Shown here: positions 9,157 to 20,429 of the stretch, piece by piece
Layout: each line of letters starts with the position of its first letter
Position numbering within the stretch: the stretch's first letter is position 1
Origin: a virus
Lineage: Duplodnaviria > Caudoviricetes
Length of the DNA: 58,582 bases
IMG/VR virus record: IMGVR_UViG_3300046167_000222
Location: 1 to 58,582 of that record
Strand: one strand, 5' to 3'
Notes under the pieces: generated by a model
Databases searched by the model: none
Told to the model about the DNA's origin: nothing
The model's input: the letters and a program-made list of their open reading frames with translations, nothing else
Made by a program: the position numbers and the translations under genes

Positions 9157-11428
9157 TACTTCTGCCCTGCTAACTGCCTTGCTTTCTCACGTTGAGTATC
9201 AAGTAGCTGTTGATTGATCTTTGTACGAAGCGCCCTATCACCTTTTTGACAGCAGTAGATCCTAACGGTTGTCTTTTTCTGACCAAGCTGGTTAGTGCCG
9301 GTTAAGTAGGCTGCTCTTGCTGCGTTTGCTGCTTCTAACTCTGCTTGATTTGCTTTTGAGTAATTGCGCCACGCGCTTGCAAAACAACTTGAGGGGTAAC
9401 AACGATAGGCTTCATGTTGTTATCAAGGATTACTTTGTTATTTCTGTCTACGATGCGGTAGCTAGGAAGATTAGTAGGTACGCCCTTGATTGGCCTTGTG
9501 CCTGTCGTTGGCGCAAAGAAAGCAGTGCTACCCATCTTAAGAGTTTTGCCTGTGCTGTTTTGTTTAGTGCTGTCTGCGCAGCACCTAAGATAATGTCCAT
9601 CTCACCATCACGGTTGTAATGCTGCTCTGGTGCAAAACGTGTGTAGGTTCGCTGACCACCTTCTAATGCCATGTATTCAGACTTTTGGAATACTTTATCA
9701 ACAGAGTTTGCAATTATTTCTGCTGCTCTTGGTGCATCAAATGTATAGATCAAATCCGCAGCGTATCTAGCAAAGTGTATGTTTACAGCGGCATCAGTGC
9801 TGCCTGTTGCGTCACGAACAAAATCAAGCACAGTTGGCTTTTTGCCATCTACTCTCATATGCTGTGCCATTCTGTTTTCAACTGTTTGTTGCGCTAATGG
9901 ATCACGCTCACGCTCTGCTCTCCTAGCTAAAATGTCTTTAGGTGTGAAGTCTTCAAACAAGGTTGTGTTAGCAATTGAATCCAATGTTTCAAAGAACATG
10001 ATAGTGTCATCAGGAATACCGCGACTGTTGTAGACTAAACGCCCACCACGCATACGCTGCGTTGCCTTCTTTACAAAGTTGCGCAGCATAACACTAGCCA
10101 TTGGGTTGTCACTGTTCTGCGCAAGCCAGCCTTCGATCATGTCAGGTGCTAGCGCATCAGTAACAGACTTAGGTAACTGTCCATTGCCCATCAACACTGC
10201 ATACTCAGGAGCGTTACTATCACCTGTTAGAATTGCACCAAGGTTGTTAAGCAAATCCTGCGGTGTACCAATTGCGTATTTGCCTGTCTTCAAGATGTGA
10301 TCGCCAGCATTAGCAGACAACGGCGCACCACTAGCAGCCAAGCGGCTATAAGCACCGAGCAGCAAGCTATCTTTATTAGCCTTTGTTTGTGCAACGATGT
10401 TGTTTTCTACGCTGTCAAATGAAGATGCAAGCTTGTCCTGCACCTCACTAAAGCCATCTGATGCAATTACTTTATCAAGACCAACAGCCTCTAAAATATC
10501 ACGATGCTCTGGGTTAGTAATGTTATCCATATTGCCGGTACGAATAGCGGTCTGCGCAGACTTGCATAATGTTGCCAATAGGAACGTCTTGCATATATGG
10601 ATTGTAATTATCACCAATGTTCTGAATCAAAGCAGATGCAACATTATCTAGCTTGCCAAGAAAATGATTTTGTTTCACATCATCCTTTAGCTTCTGCATC
10701 ATCTCGCGTTCAGCAAGCGTAGGAAAGTCCTTAACTAAACCATCAATGATCTCAAGAATATTATCTTTATTGTAGTCAGCATCATCGCCAACTACATCGC
10801 CGCTTTCATAACTCTTAGACTGCAAGCCAACCATTGCTCTTTGGTTAGAGATAGCTGATTCCAAGATCTGCACACGGTTTACAAACGCCGCCTTATGCTC
10901 AAGACCAAGCCTGTCAGCATATAGTTTGCTGCCATGCGTAAAGCCTTCTGCATCCATTGCCTGCGCTAAAACAGATTGATACTTAGCTGTGTCTGGGTCA
11001 GACGCTAGACGCTTTATAGTTTCTTCAGAGTAAGCCTTCCATTGCACAACAAATTCGCTATGGTTATAACCAGCCTTTTCGCCATAGGTTGCATGTAAAA
11101 CATTGGCTCTTGATTGCGCATCTACAGTTAGCCTTTCCAAGAAACGCTTCTCAGCTTCCGGCACAGCATTCTGTCGAGCAACCTTAGAGAAGTCTTCTGG
11201 TATTTCTATCGGCGTTACGTTGCCTGCCTCATCTTGTCCAAAGCTAGCATATTGAGCAAACGACTTACCTTTTTGTTCTTCAACTGCATACTTCTTAGCG
11301 TAGTCATACTCAAATAGTTTCTTGCCAATGTTAGACAGCGTTTCACCAGAGGTGTCACGCATAGGGGTAACAACGCCGATAGGCTGGTTGTAAACAGGAT
11401 TGCCAGTAAACTTAGGTATCTCAGCCAT
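9156..11428 (-). CDS. Internal virion protein, split by 1-bp indels
   Basis: Fragments 10523..11428, 9448..10617 and 9335..9535 together match the intact 752-aa ORF 44639..46897. Confidence 0.75.
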
Positions 11429-11862
11429 TATGTAATATCCGTTAACTTGTTCATACCAATCGCAAAGTCAGTCATGCCAGCCATCATCGTTGCGTTAGCA
11501 TTGATTGCGCCCTGCCGTCTGGTGTTCTCTGCCTGATAACGCATACGGTTTTCAGCAAACATGCTTTGCGTTCTAGCGGTGTTAATTTGATCTATGCTTT
11601 TATCTTTGCCTGCTTTTACTCGCGCTTTGAAAGAACGATCATTAACGTCACGATTGTTCACACCACGAATAGAGTTAGCTGTTGAGCGATAGGTTTCAAA
11701 AGCATCAAGGCGATCATTATGCTCTTGCTGACCGCGTATACGCTCAAGCTTTGCGTTAAACTCCTGCTGCTCAGCAACGCGAGCCGACTGTCTGCGCTGC
11801 GCTGATGCCTGCTGCATTGATCCAAACAGGCCTAACACCTGACCAAACATTGCAAAACTCAT
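11428..11862 (-). CDS. Small internal virion protein (T7 gp14-like position)
   Basis: 144 aa, Ala/Gln-rich with hydrophobic N-terminus, after tail tube B. Confidence 0.6.
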   Translation of the reverse strand: MSFAMFGQVLGLFGSMQQASAQRRQSARVAEQQEFNAKLERIRGQQEHNDRLDAFETYRSTANSIRGVNNRDVNDRSFKARVKAGKDKSIDQINTARTQSMFAENRMRYQAENTRRQGAINANATMMAGMTDFAIGMNKLTDIT

Positions 11863-14085
11863 TAGAATGCCACCTCTGTTACAAGACCATTGACTTGAAT
11901 AGGCAGTGGTGCAGATTGAGAAATGGTAACGCGAGGATCCCTATCGTATCCAAGCACTCTAAATTCTTCCTTGCCACTAACGGCATTAACACCACTTGCC
12001 TGATTTTGTTGTACAGTACGGATTACCAGTTCTGTGCCATTGACTGAAACGCTCAATGTTTCTTCAAGGTCAAGAGTAACCATTGTTATCTTGCGGGGTC
12101 TGCCAGTCAAAGGACCGCCCGGAACCGCGCCATCAACAGGAAGCGTTTTGATCTCAGGAATAAAGCGATAGCCTATCTGCACACTGGTAGATAACTTAAC
12201 AGCACTAACATCTGCGTTGCCGCCAGCTACAGTAAACGTACCTAAATACTCTGTGCCATCAACTGCATGCACTACAGCCCCGTCTGCAAAGTGAGCAGAC
12301 ACATCAAACACACCAGCCACGCCAGTAAAGTCAGCGCAGAAATCCATCTTCATAGATGTGTTAAACTGTTCTAAAACCAGCTTCTCTGTTCCATCTCCAG
12401 CGTCTCTGACAGAGACAGAGAACAAATCTTCATCAACAGCACAGATAGAATGAAACTTGCCTTCAGTATTCCAACGCATCCAGCCAGCACGTTTCTCGTC
12501 TCGCAAGCTATGGAATACAGCTAACTCACCATTATCCATGATGAACAAGCCATACGCTCCCGGTCGAGCAAGCGAGCCTTTGAGCGTAGTCATCTGCACA
12601 GGGTTGCTGACCAAGTGGCTAGACAGCAAAGACACCATAGTAGATGTATAAGCAGCCTCGCTATCAGAGAAGATATACTCTCTAACCGCTGTACCTGTTG
12701 CCTGCACAAACAAAGGTTGCACCATCAAGAGACTGCGGCCTTACATAACCAGAGCCAACTGGTGTCTGCAAAGACACCTTTGCTTTCGATGGCGTAACAG
12801 GAGCGTCTTGGAAAGCAGGCACATAAAACTCTGACTGCGATGCAAACACTTGCAAGTCACGGTTAGACACAAGATGACGTATCTGGTTAGTAACACCAAC
12901 GCTTGCATCTATATCGATAGCGTCATCATCTTCAGCTTCACCAATGTCAAAGTTGTAATAATGACCAGTCTTAGATGCCCATAATCCATCAGGCTGACTT
13001 GGTGTGCCACCAAACCACAACCTATCCTCATGGAATGTAATAGCCTGTGGAAAGCCTCTGAGGCTGCTGTAGGACTGTTCGTACCATTCAGTGGTAGGGG
13101 AGGCGCTCTCAATGGTTGGAGAGCCTCCACCGTCAGCCTCGGACGTTGCAGAGGCACCCGCTGTTATTTCGTATCTATTATCATCGATGATACGGCTAAT
13201 AGTTCTGCTGCCGTTAATATCGCTAGCACCAATACCGCCAAGTCCACCAGCTTCAGCAACGACCAATGCTGCACCATTAGCCAAGCCATGCAATGCATGC
13301 GTGACTTCTATCTTGTTAGAATCTTTTTTCGTTTTGAGAGCATCAATTTCAAGCTGGGTTTTTAGTGTGCCTTGAAGAACGGCTGTCACTTGAGTAGCGG
13401 AAATATAAGCACTAATGATTGCTTCAGTCTCATGGATTAACAATCTTGTTCCAGCGTGTGCTGTATCAAAATAATTCTGTGAACAAGTAAGCGTAACAGT
13501 TCCGCTAGACGCACTAGACGCTATAGTTGTGCCTGCACCTTGAAAATTATAATAAGGCTGATACTTCTTATTGCCATCAATAGATTCGTCAAACTCAAAC
13601 AGACGCATCTCAAAGCTTGTTAAACCAGTACGCACTAACTCACGGCACAAGAATGTGCGATGAGCAATAAACATGAAGTCACCTTTTTGTGTGTAGGTGA
13701 TCTGGTTTAGATTAGCATTAGTAACAGGAACAGGATCACCGTTGACATCAACAGTGAGGGTTTGAACAAAGGACACGGCTCCTGCGAGATCGATCCGAAA
13801 GATGTCGATGCGAGTATCTGAGAATGCAATGATATACTTTTCGTCATCAGAGAAAACAAACGGCTCAAGACGTATTTGTTGAGCCAGTGAAGAATCATAT
13901 GTGTGCGTAAACTCATGTATGCGCTTAGTGCCGGGTCGGTTGATAACCCCACCTTCAGCGCGAATAAAAAAGTTCTTTACAGATTCCGCAGCCGCAACAT
14001 AGACAGGACTATCTGTCCTAGATCTTAGTGACGGACTAACTTCACCAAAAGAAAAGTTGTTTAGCGGTACGCGTATTCTCGCCAT
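11862..14085 (-). CDS. Tail tubular protein B / nozzle, frameshifted near 12714
   Basis: NNFSFGEVSP start and GFPQAITFHEDRLWFGG motif; two fragments equal the intact 740-aa ORF 47330..49552. Confidence 0.85.
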
Positions 14086-14669
14086 TAACTTCGCCTTTCA
14101 GCAATGAACCTCGATGTTACAAGTTTGCGTGTTGTTTGCTGCTGGCTATCCAATGTCTTAGCTTGCTGCATTAACTGTGCAGCTTTCTTTTCAAACATTG
14201 TCGCAAGCTGCTCGTCTCTTGCAATTGCAAGCGCAAACGCTGCCGCAAGAGCGTACTCAACAGCTAGTGTAAAGTAGCTGGGGAAATCTTGCTCACCAGC
14301 ACGATATGTGTAATCAGCAACAACCACTTCATTAGCTGTGGCATTAGAGTAGATCTTGTCTCCATACACATTGTATTCAAGATTAAGATCATTCACCGTC
14401 ACTGCATGCAGCATTAACAAATCATTAGGCAGTTGATGCGCAGTATCAAATCTTCCAGTAGGCGCAGCCGTCAGAGCATTTAGTATCGCTTGGTTTGTGG
14501 CAAACCTCCAGCGACTAGCGCACATAGCAGTACGCACAACATCCTCATACACATTTGAGGCAACAAGTGCCTCAGTGGATGAAGATGAGAAAGACGTAAT
14601 TGGCTGCGCACCAATAAGAACTAAGGCGCGTGCCGCAATGTCGATATCTGAATTAGCTGCTGATGGCAT
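14085..14669 (-). CDS. Tail tubular protein A / adaptor
   Basis: DIAARALVLIGAQPITSF and WRFA motifs; directly after the capsid gene. Confidence 0.8.
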   Translation of the reverse strand: MPSAANSDIDIAARALVLIGAQPITSFSSSSTEALVASNVYEDVVRTAMCASRWRFATNQAILNALTAAPTGRFDTAHQLPNDLLMLHAVTVNDLNLEYNVYGDKIYSNATANEVVVADYTYRAGEQDFPSYFTLAVEYALAAAFALAIARDEQLATMFEKKAAQLMQQAKTLDSQQQTTRKLVTSRFIAERRS

Positions 14670-14677
14670 ATGGGTTA

Positions 14678-14699
14678 GGGGGGAAGTTGCCTTCCCCCC
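14678..14699 (-). other. Strong hairpin after capsid stop (GGGGGGAAG-GCAA-CTTCCCCCC)
   Basis: 9-bp stem with GNRA loop and no U-tract; compensatory changes in copy B. Confidence 0.7.
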
Positions 14700-14705
14700 A
14701 TTCCT

Positions 14706-15518
14706 TTAGTTGTTGTCTAAGACTTCGTACACACCGTTGTCGTTGATTACGACTGCGCCCATGCTCATCATTGATGTAGCAAGGTGTGACGCTTTTTCCG
14801 GTACATAGTTCAGTTCTGTAGAAACATCAGCATTCACGCCAAGGCCAACAGCCGAGGTGTGGTAAGCCAAGTTTTTGCCAGCAGTGACAGCAGATGTTGA
14901 GAAGATCTTGAATCCCAAGAAATCCTTCATTGTCATGCCACCAGCAAATGGTAGGTTCTGATCGCCAACAAAGTCTGACGATGCAAACTCTGTGATGTTG
15001 AACAGATCAGCGTAACCAGCAGGCGACATTGCAAGATAGCGGTTGCCATCTTCTGGGATGTCGGCTGAACCGAATGTCTCAAACAAGCTAAGAAGATCAG
15101 CTTTAGAAACAGCAGAACCAACAGCACCGATTTGTGTGGCGTTAGCACCTGTGTCCATTGCAGTGTAGATGATCTCATCTGTCTTACGACCAAGAGCAGC
15201 AGCAGCAGATTGTGCTACAGCTTGACGCTCATCAATGTTGGTCTTCAGCTCATCTAACTTGTCGATGTATTCTGCGGCATAGAAGTCAGCCATGGTTGCC
15301 TCGACATTTGTATGTACGAGTTCCATTGCGGTTACTGCGCCGTTGCGAGCCTTTGTTGAAGCTGAGCCTGTTCCGATCTTCTGAAAGCGTACAACGCTAC
15401 CACGGACGTTACCAGATGTGCGTACTGTATTGCGGAGCTTTGACCCCATACGCTGATAAGCCATGTGAACTTCGGATTCAAACTGCTTAATAAAGGCAAT
15501 ATCAATTGTATTAGCCAT
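14706..15518 (-). CDS. Major capsid protein (BPP-1-like type)
   Basis: AFIKQFESEVHMAYQRMGSKLRNTV and AALGRKTDEII motifs; position after scaffold. Confidence 0.88.
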   Translation of the reverse strand: MANTIDIAFIKQFESEVHMAYQRMGSKLRNTVRTSGNVRGSVVRFQKIGTGSASTKARNGAVTAMELVHTNVEATMADFYAAEYIDKLDELKTNIDERQAVAQSAAAALGRKTDEIIYTAMDTGANATQIGAVGSAVSKADLLSLFETFGSADIPEDGNRYLAMSPAGYADLFNITEFASSDFVGDQNLPFAGGMTMKDFLGFKIFSTSAVTAGKNLAYHTSAVGLGVNADVSTELNYVPEKASHLATSMMSMGAVVINDNGVYEVLDNN

Positions 15519-15628
15519 AGTATTAAAGTCCTTACCAAAAAAAAGAAGTTACATTTTCACGCGGTTGTCCGTCTCTTGCATCATCCAGTTATCCCTATCG
15601 GGGCTGTCAGTTTGAAACAGGCCGTATA

Positions 15629-16174
15629 CTATTCAAATGACACTTCCACATGAGGAGCGCAACGCACAAAACGGATGCATGAGAAACCATTAACTAAGGT
15701 TTCCTCATCGGAGAAAAGGAACCCTAGCCAAGCTAGCCACTCAATCGTGTTCTTGTGATCCATTGGCACTACATTCTCAACCACATCCCAACGCTGCATA
15801 AAGTAATCAAGCATAGGTTTAGAAGCTCGTAAGAACTTGCGTGGGTACTTATCTATCTCATCTGTGCCAAGCAGCCAGATACTACCAGTTGTAATATCAG
15901 GATCGTCATAGATAGGCACAACACCAAACATACAAGCTGGTACTCCCTTATGAAGGGCTGTGTAAGTTACAGCGTCTTTCTTCATAATAGGATAGCGCAA
16001 CGCCCTCCAAGGCGTTGCACCATGTATCATGCACTCGCGTACATCAGGTGATCTTAAATGATCTTGTAGATATTCAGCATGCTCATAGGTTGCTTCTACA
16101 ATTCTTACATCACCATCAACGTGAAATGCATTAACGGTAGAGTTTGGAAAAACCCTCTTGGACTTGCTTGACAT
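15629..16174 (-). CDS. GNAT-like protein (T7 gp13/DUF2833-like)
   Basis: LRSPDVREC, IWLLGTD, ENVV..N..IEWLAWLGF motifs. Confidence 0.65.
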   Translation of the reverse strand: MSSKSKRVFPNSTVNAFHVDGDVRIVEATYEHAEYLQDHLRSPDVRECMIHGATPWRALRYPIMKKDAVTYTALHKGVPACMFGVVPIYDDPDITTGSIWLLGTDEIDKYPRKFLRASKPMLDYFMQRWDVVENVVPMDHKNTIEWLAWLGFLFSDEETLVNGFSCIRFVRCAPHVEVSFE

Positions 16175-16841
16175 AGTTTGGATCTCTCTGTGATGGATTC
16201 CAATAGCGAGGGTCTTGCATCATTGTCTTTAGCTGATCTTCATTGGTAGCTTGCGGAGCCACAAACTGACCTTGAGGAGATGCCTGTTGTGACTGAGACA
16301 TAAAATGCTCAAGCATTTTAATACCCTGCGCACTCTGACCAAGCATCTCTACCTGATCTGCAAACTCCTCTGGCAAGTTCTTGCTTGCCCAAAGATCGAC
16401 AGCTTCAATACGAGCGTCAGCATTCTCACCTAACGCCTGACGTTCTGCGTCAAGGTCTGGCCCTTGGCCTTCCATATAAGCAGCATACTTAGCTATACCA
16501 TCTGCAAATTCTTCTTGCGAATAGCCATTCTCAAAAGAATGTTCAGCCCACCAAGCAAGCATTTCATTATCAACAGCTTCAGCTTCGTTGATCTGTTCTG
16601 GCAATTCGTAATCACCAGCAGTCTCAGGCCTGCCTTCAAGAGCAGAGATTTCTAACTCTTGCTCTATCTGCGCTCTGATTTCATCTTGCCCTTGACCAAG
16701 CTTTGATTCCAAAGAGGAGTATGAAGCTGCCATATCCTCTGGTGTATTGAATTTCTCTGGTAGCCACTCAGGGCGTTCAGAGACAGGTGCTTCCTCAACC
16801 GCTACTGCTTCGGCTAACTCTGCATTATCTGCATCATTCAT
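16131..16841 (-). CDS. Capsid scaffolding protein
   Basis: Acidic; ERPEWLPEKF..SYSSLESKLG and DPRYW motifs; between portal and capsid. Confidence 0.8.
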   Translation of the reverse strand: MNDADNAELAEAVAVEEAPVSERPEWLPEKFNTPEDMAASYSSLESKLGQGQDEIRAQIEQELEISALEGRPETAGDYELPEQINEAEAVDNEMLAWWAEHSFENGYSQEEFADGIAKYAAYMEGQGPDLDAERQALGENADARIEAVDLWASKNLPEEFADQVEMLGQSAQGIKMLEHFMSQSQQASPQGQFVAPQATNEDQLKTMMQDPRYWNPSQRDPNYVKQVQEGFSKLYR

Positions 16842-17101
16842 TGTTGCTCTACCTTTTGTCCGTGGTTAATACGCCTCTCAATGAGGCCGACAAGATACCG
16901 CTGCCCCTCAAGATGGCGCAGTTCGGCATCACTTGCATTCGGCCCTTGAACGGATTCAATGGTAATCGAACGCAAATACTTCAGAACGGCTTTGCCGTTC
17001 GGTGTTTTGAAAACTGAATTTAGATTCCGAGAGATGGTGTCATCATCTTCTTTGGTGCGGGGAAAGTTATCCACCCCCAAGTGAAGGGATTGCTTGCGCA
17101 T
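16838..17101 (-). CDS. Bbp19-like small protein
   Basis: VFKTPNGKAVLKYL..EGQRYLV pattern after portal. Confidence 0.6.
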   Translation of the reverse strand: MRKQSLHLGVDNFPRTKEDDDTISRNLNSVFKTPNGKAVLKYLRSITIESVQGPNASDAELRHLEGQRYLVGLIERRINHGQKVEQQ

Positions 17102-18620
17102 CTTGACCTTGCTGTTGCTGTTGCTGTTGATACTCTTGCGCAGCCTTCAGAAGTTCTTCACGTTCTACTTTGTCCCTAACCAGATTGTCTGGTACGCCAA
17201 ACTTTTTAGCGAGATACAGCGCAACATCCTCAGAGTTAATGAGAACATTTAATACTTCGGGGCCGAACGTGCCGCCAACCATTGATAGATAACGTGAGAC
17301 TGCGCTGATGTCTTGGTTGGATTGTGCTTGTGCCAATGGTGACACTGACCGCACTTTGACTTCCCGCCCATTAATGGATGGTAACTCAATGCGGCCTTGC
17401 TTTCTTAGAATGTAAACGACACGTTGCAATACTGGCTGAACCATCTCAGCCTGCAATCTGCCGAAAGCTGATCCAATACGTCTGGACAGATCAGCCATGC
17501 GTTCTGCAATCTCGGTTGCAGACGCGGGTGTTTTGTTAGGATCGCCTAACATATCATTGTAAAGCGCACGTTTGATATTGGTGCGCATGTCATTCAGTAC
17601 CAGATTAGCTACGTCAAAATTGCCTGCGTTCTGGATAGGCTGCAAGCCAGCAGAACCCATAGCCTTTGGAATGATGGTTCCGGGAACGAGGTTGATTGTA
17701 TCAGTGTTGATGATGCCATCATCATCCATCTGATACACACCAGAGATAGCCATCTGTGCATTCTCTAACACTAACTCAATCGTTAGGTTAGTAGTCTTGA
17801 TTGCACTAAGGGCATTGATGAGAGGGCCACGCCCATAGACTTCACCAGAAGCTTTAGACCAACGGAAGCAAACAAAAGGATTGGAGCCAAGCCCTTTGTA
17901 GTTCTCCTGATAGATGATCTCTTTGTCAGCTACATTGACAACATAGTAATCAAACTGGTCTTCGTTAGGCGTGTCATAGTTCCGGCAGATGACTTCTAAG
18001 ATTTTCTTTTGAGTGTCAGGCTGGCTTAAAACACCAGCCGCAGTCTTCTCGCCTAAGATTGCCTTTGGATACGCGATAGGTATCTCTGAGTTTTTAAGAG
18101 TGCGCTCTCTATAAACGTGGTCAATTTTATCATCAGGGCCAGTATCCAGATGGACGGAAGGCAAAGGGATTGCGTTAAACCGTACTGGATTAATTGCATC
18201 GCCTTCTTCAACCAAGAGAACACCAGTTCCCACTGCCAAGTCCATGAAAGATTCATGTATCTCTTGACCAAAGTTAGAGTTCTGGATGACTTCAAAGACG
18301 TACTCAGTGACTTCATCAAGAGTGTTATTGACTTCATCTTGTTGATCCTTTGGGATTTCAGAGCCAGCAATAAAGTCAGCCCAACGTGCAAAGTTAGGTA
18401 CTAGACCTGACTGCAACCTAGATGCAAATTCTTGCACACCAACAACTGCCGTCTCATCAAAGATCTTATCATCGCGCCGTTGACCCGGAGTTTCCGAAAA
18501 GAAACTCTGGCGCATAGGCAGCGCGTACTCATAACAATCTTCAAATAGAGGCTCAAAGTTTACACGCGCTTGTTTAGCGCGTTCGTACTTTTGCAGCATA
18601 CGGTCTGCAATTTGATCCAT
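17067..18620 (-). CDS. Portal / head-tail connector
   Basis: 517 aa; IFDETA, RWSKASGEVYGRGP, SATEIAER and SPLAQAQ motifs. Confidence 0.9.
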   Translation of the reverse strand: MDQIADRMLQKYERAKQARVNFEPLFEDCYEYALPMRQSFFSETPGQRRDDKIFDETAVVGVQEFASRLQSGLVPNFARWADFIAGSEIPKDQQDEVNNTLDEVTEYVFEVIQNSNFGQEIHESFMDLAVGTGVLLVEEGDAINPVRFNAIPLPSVHLDTGPDDKIDHVYRERTLKNSEIPIAYPKAILGEKTAAGVLSQPDTQKKILEVICRNYDTPNEDQFDYYVVNVADKEIIYQENYKGLGSNPFVCFRWSKASGEVYGRGPLINALSAIKTTNLTIELVLENAQMAISGVYQMDDDGIINTDTINLVPGTIIPKAMGSAGLQPIQNAGNFDVANLVLNDMRTNIKRALYNDMLGDPNKTPASATEIAERMADLSRRIGSAFGRLQAEMVQPVLQRVVYILRKQGRIELPSINGREVKVRSVSPLAQAQSNQDISAVSRYLSMVGGTFGPEVLNVLINSEDVALYLAKKFGVPDNLVRDKVEREELLKAAQEYQQQQQQQGQDAQAIPSLGGG

Positions 18621-18841
18621 TAAACAGTCTCGTCATAGTAACCCAGAGCCGCTTTGTTGCTTGTGAGCAACGAACGTCTGCCAGCACCACCACCAACTTT
18701 TTTGCGAGCAACTTGCTTTTCAAGAGACTTAGCTTTCGCGTCCTCTTTCTTTTGCTGCTCTGCTGCTGCTTTGTTGTCAGCTTCAATCTTGTCGTTTGGA
18801 TCTACTGCTGGCTCTTTTGAACCGCCACCACCTACGCACAT
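18620..18841 (-). CDS. Small protein upstream of portal
   Basis: MC..GGG start, GRRSLL motif, RBS gagagg; conserved in copy B. Confidence 0.75.
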   Translation of the reverse strand: MCVGGGGSKEPAVDPNDKIEADNKAAAEQQKKEDAKAKSLEKQVARKKVGGGAGRRSLLTSNKAALGYYDETV

Positions 18842-18880
18842 AATAAATTCCTCTCATAGCTATATGATCTGTTTAACTCA

Positions 18881-18906
18881 CTGCATTAATGCAGATCAAC
18901 GCACAA
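18881..18906 (-). promoter_or_regulatory. TTGTGCGTT motif plus CTGCATTAATGCAG palindrome upstream of portal operon
   Basis: Seen directly; conserved at 54348..54373. Confidence 0.6.
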
Positions 18907-18908
18907 AA

Positions 18909-20429
18909 CTACATACGCGACCAAAGACCTTCTCTGCGCACCTTTGGCTTGCGCGTAAATACATCAAACTCTCTGGTTGCTTGAAACGGTTTAGTCGCTG
19001 TGCTGTTGTTGCGAAGTATCTGCCTGCCCTCACCAGAGCCAAGCATTAGATACTGCAATGCATCATGGATGTGAGAGAAGTGGTTCTTGTCTGGCTTATC
19101 AGCATAACGCTCACCAGATACTTGCATGCGCTTGTACTGATACCCACCCTCAAAACCTTTAATGATTGTGCGGCAGCGTTGATCGATCAACAAACCAGAC
19201 TGCCCTTCAATCATTCTGTTGAGTGGTGCAGACACAGATTCCAGACGTAGTGCCACATCATTAGATGGCGCAGGGCGAGCAGACAAGCCAGCCCCTCGCA
19301 TTATCTGGAACGGTGTTGTCTCATCAGTCTGTGCGCGGAAGTCACCAGCCGGATCACCAAAGATAATAATCTCACAGCCGCCGTAACGTGTAGCTATCTC
19401 TTGCCGTAACACTTCAGCAAAACGTACAATGCCCATGTCGAATGCAACAATCTCTTGCAGCAGCATCCACCTGCCACGAACCTTCTGCCCAAAGACAGCA
19501 GCAGGCGTTAGTCCAAAGTCAATACCAATGTAGACAGGCATGCCGTTAGCCACTGGTATTTCTTCTTTAGCTACATGAATGTCAGGCGCAAACATAGGAT
19601 AGACAGGCTTACCGTCCTTTATGCTTCCGAGCCTGTTCATAACGTAGACATCGATCCAGCTTTTGGTCTTGCCCTGTACGATGTTCGGATAATAATCCTT
19701 GCGCATATTCTCTCTGTTCTCTGCGCTCTCGTTTGGAACGTATTCGGATATGTCGCCTTCTTCTGTTTTGCGCTCTAACATCCCTGCGGGTTGTGTGAAG
19801 AACAGCCAGTTGTCTGGCTTTATTAGCATCTTTGCTTCTTCTTTTGAGATGTGATCTGGAACCGGAACCTCGCCCGACATGATAGGCCACCAATGATCTT
19901 CCTCCGGCGCGTTAGTATCACAGATCACACCTGTCCATGTTGCGCCGCCATCCTTCATAGAAGGGTAACGACCAACACGCATGGTGCATGCATCAATGAT
20001 TGACTTAGGTATCTCCCTCGCCTCGTTCACCCAGATGCCAGTGAGTTCAAGGGAGAGCAACTTTTTCACATCTTCTGGACGGTCGAGTGCGAGGAAGATT
20101 ACTTCAAGGTCTATATCGTTCTTCTGAATGTGATGCGTGAACGGAACAGACCAAGTAAACTTGCCCCACTGTTCTTCTGGGAACCAGTCGAGCCAAGTCT
20201 TAATGGTTGTGGTTTTAAGCTGCGGGTTGGTGTTACGGATAACAGCCCAGCGACTACGGCGTTTGCCATCAGGTGAATGCTCTTGCTGTAATGCGCGGCG
20301 AAAGATTTCTACGCAACAACCAACGGACTTGCCCGAACCAACAGGACCGCGCAAGCCACGAAAGAATACATCAGACTTCATAAAGGATTTTAGTACATCA
20401 CCATCAGGCTTGTACTTAAAGTTGGTCAA
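18909..20429 (-). CDS. terL: Terminase large subunit
   Basis: Walker A GPVGSGKS, Walker B-like IWVNE, nuclease GIDFG and HIHDALQY. Confidence 0.92.
   Translation of the reverse strand: MTNFKYKPDGDVLKSFMKSDVFFRGLRGPVGSGKSVGCCVEIFRRALQQEHSPDGKRRSRWAVIRNTNPQLKTTTIKTWLDWFPEEQWGKFTWSVPFTHHIQKNDIDLEVIFLALDRPEDVKKLLSLELTGIWVNEAREIPKSIIDACTMRVGRYPSMKDGGATWTGVICDTNAPEEDHWWPIMSGEVPVPDHISKEEAKMLIKPDNWLFFTQPAGMLERKTEEGDISEYVPNESAENRENMRKDYYPNIVQGKTKSWIDVYVMNRLGSIKDGKPVYPMFAPDIHVAKEEIPVANGMPVYIGIDFGLTPAAVFGQKVRGRWMLLQEIVAFDMGIVRFAEVLRQEIATRYGGCEIIIFGDPAGDFRAQTDETTPFQIMRGAGLSARPAPSNDVALRLESVSAPLNRMIEGQSGLLIDQRCRTIIKGFEGGYQYKRMQVSGERYADKPDKNHFSHIHDALQYLMLGSGEGRQILRNNSTATKPFQATREFDVFTRKPKVRREGLWSRM

Noticed and set aside
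12682-12728. Programmed frameshifts in tail tube, portal or terminase
   Set aside because: Each gene is a single intact frame in the other copy, and the sites are isolated 1-bp indels.
17101-17135. Poly-Gln tract at the portal C-terminus as a notable repeat
   Set aside because: Short Gln-rich tails are ordinary for this portal family, and it is identical in both copies.
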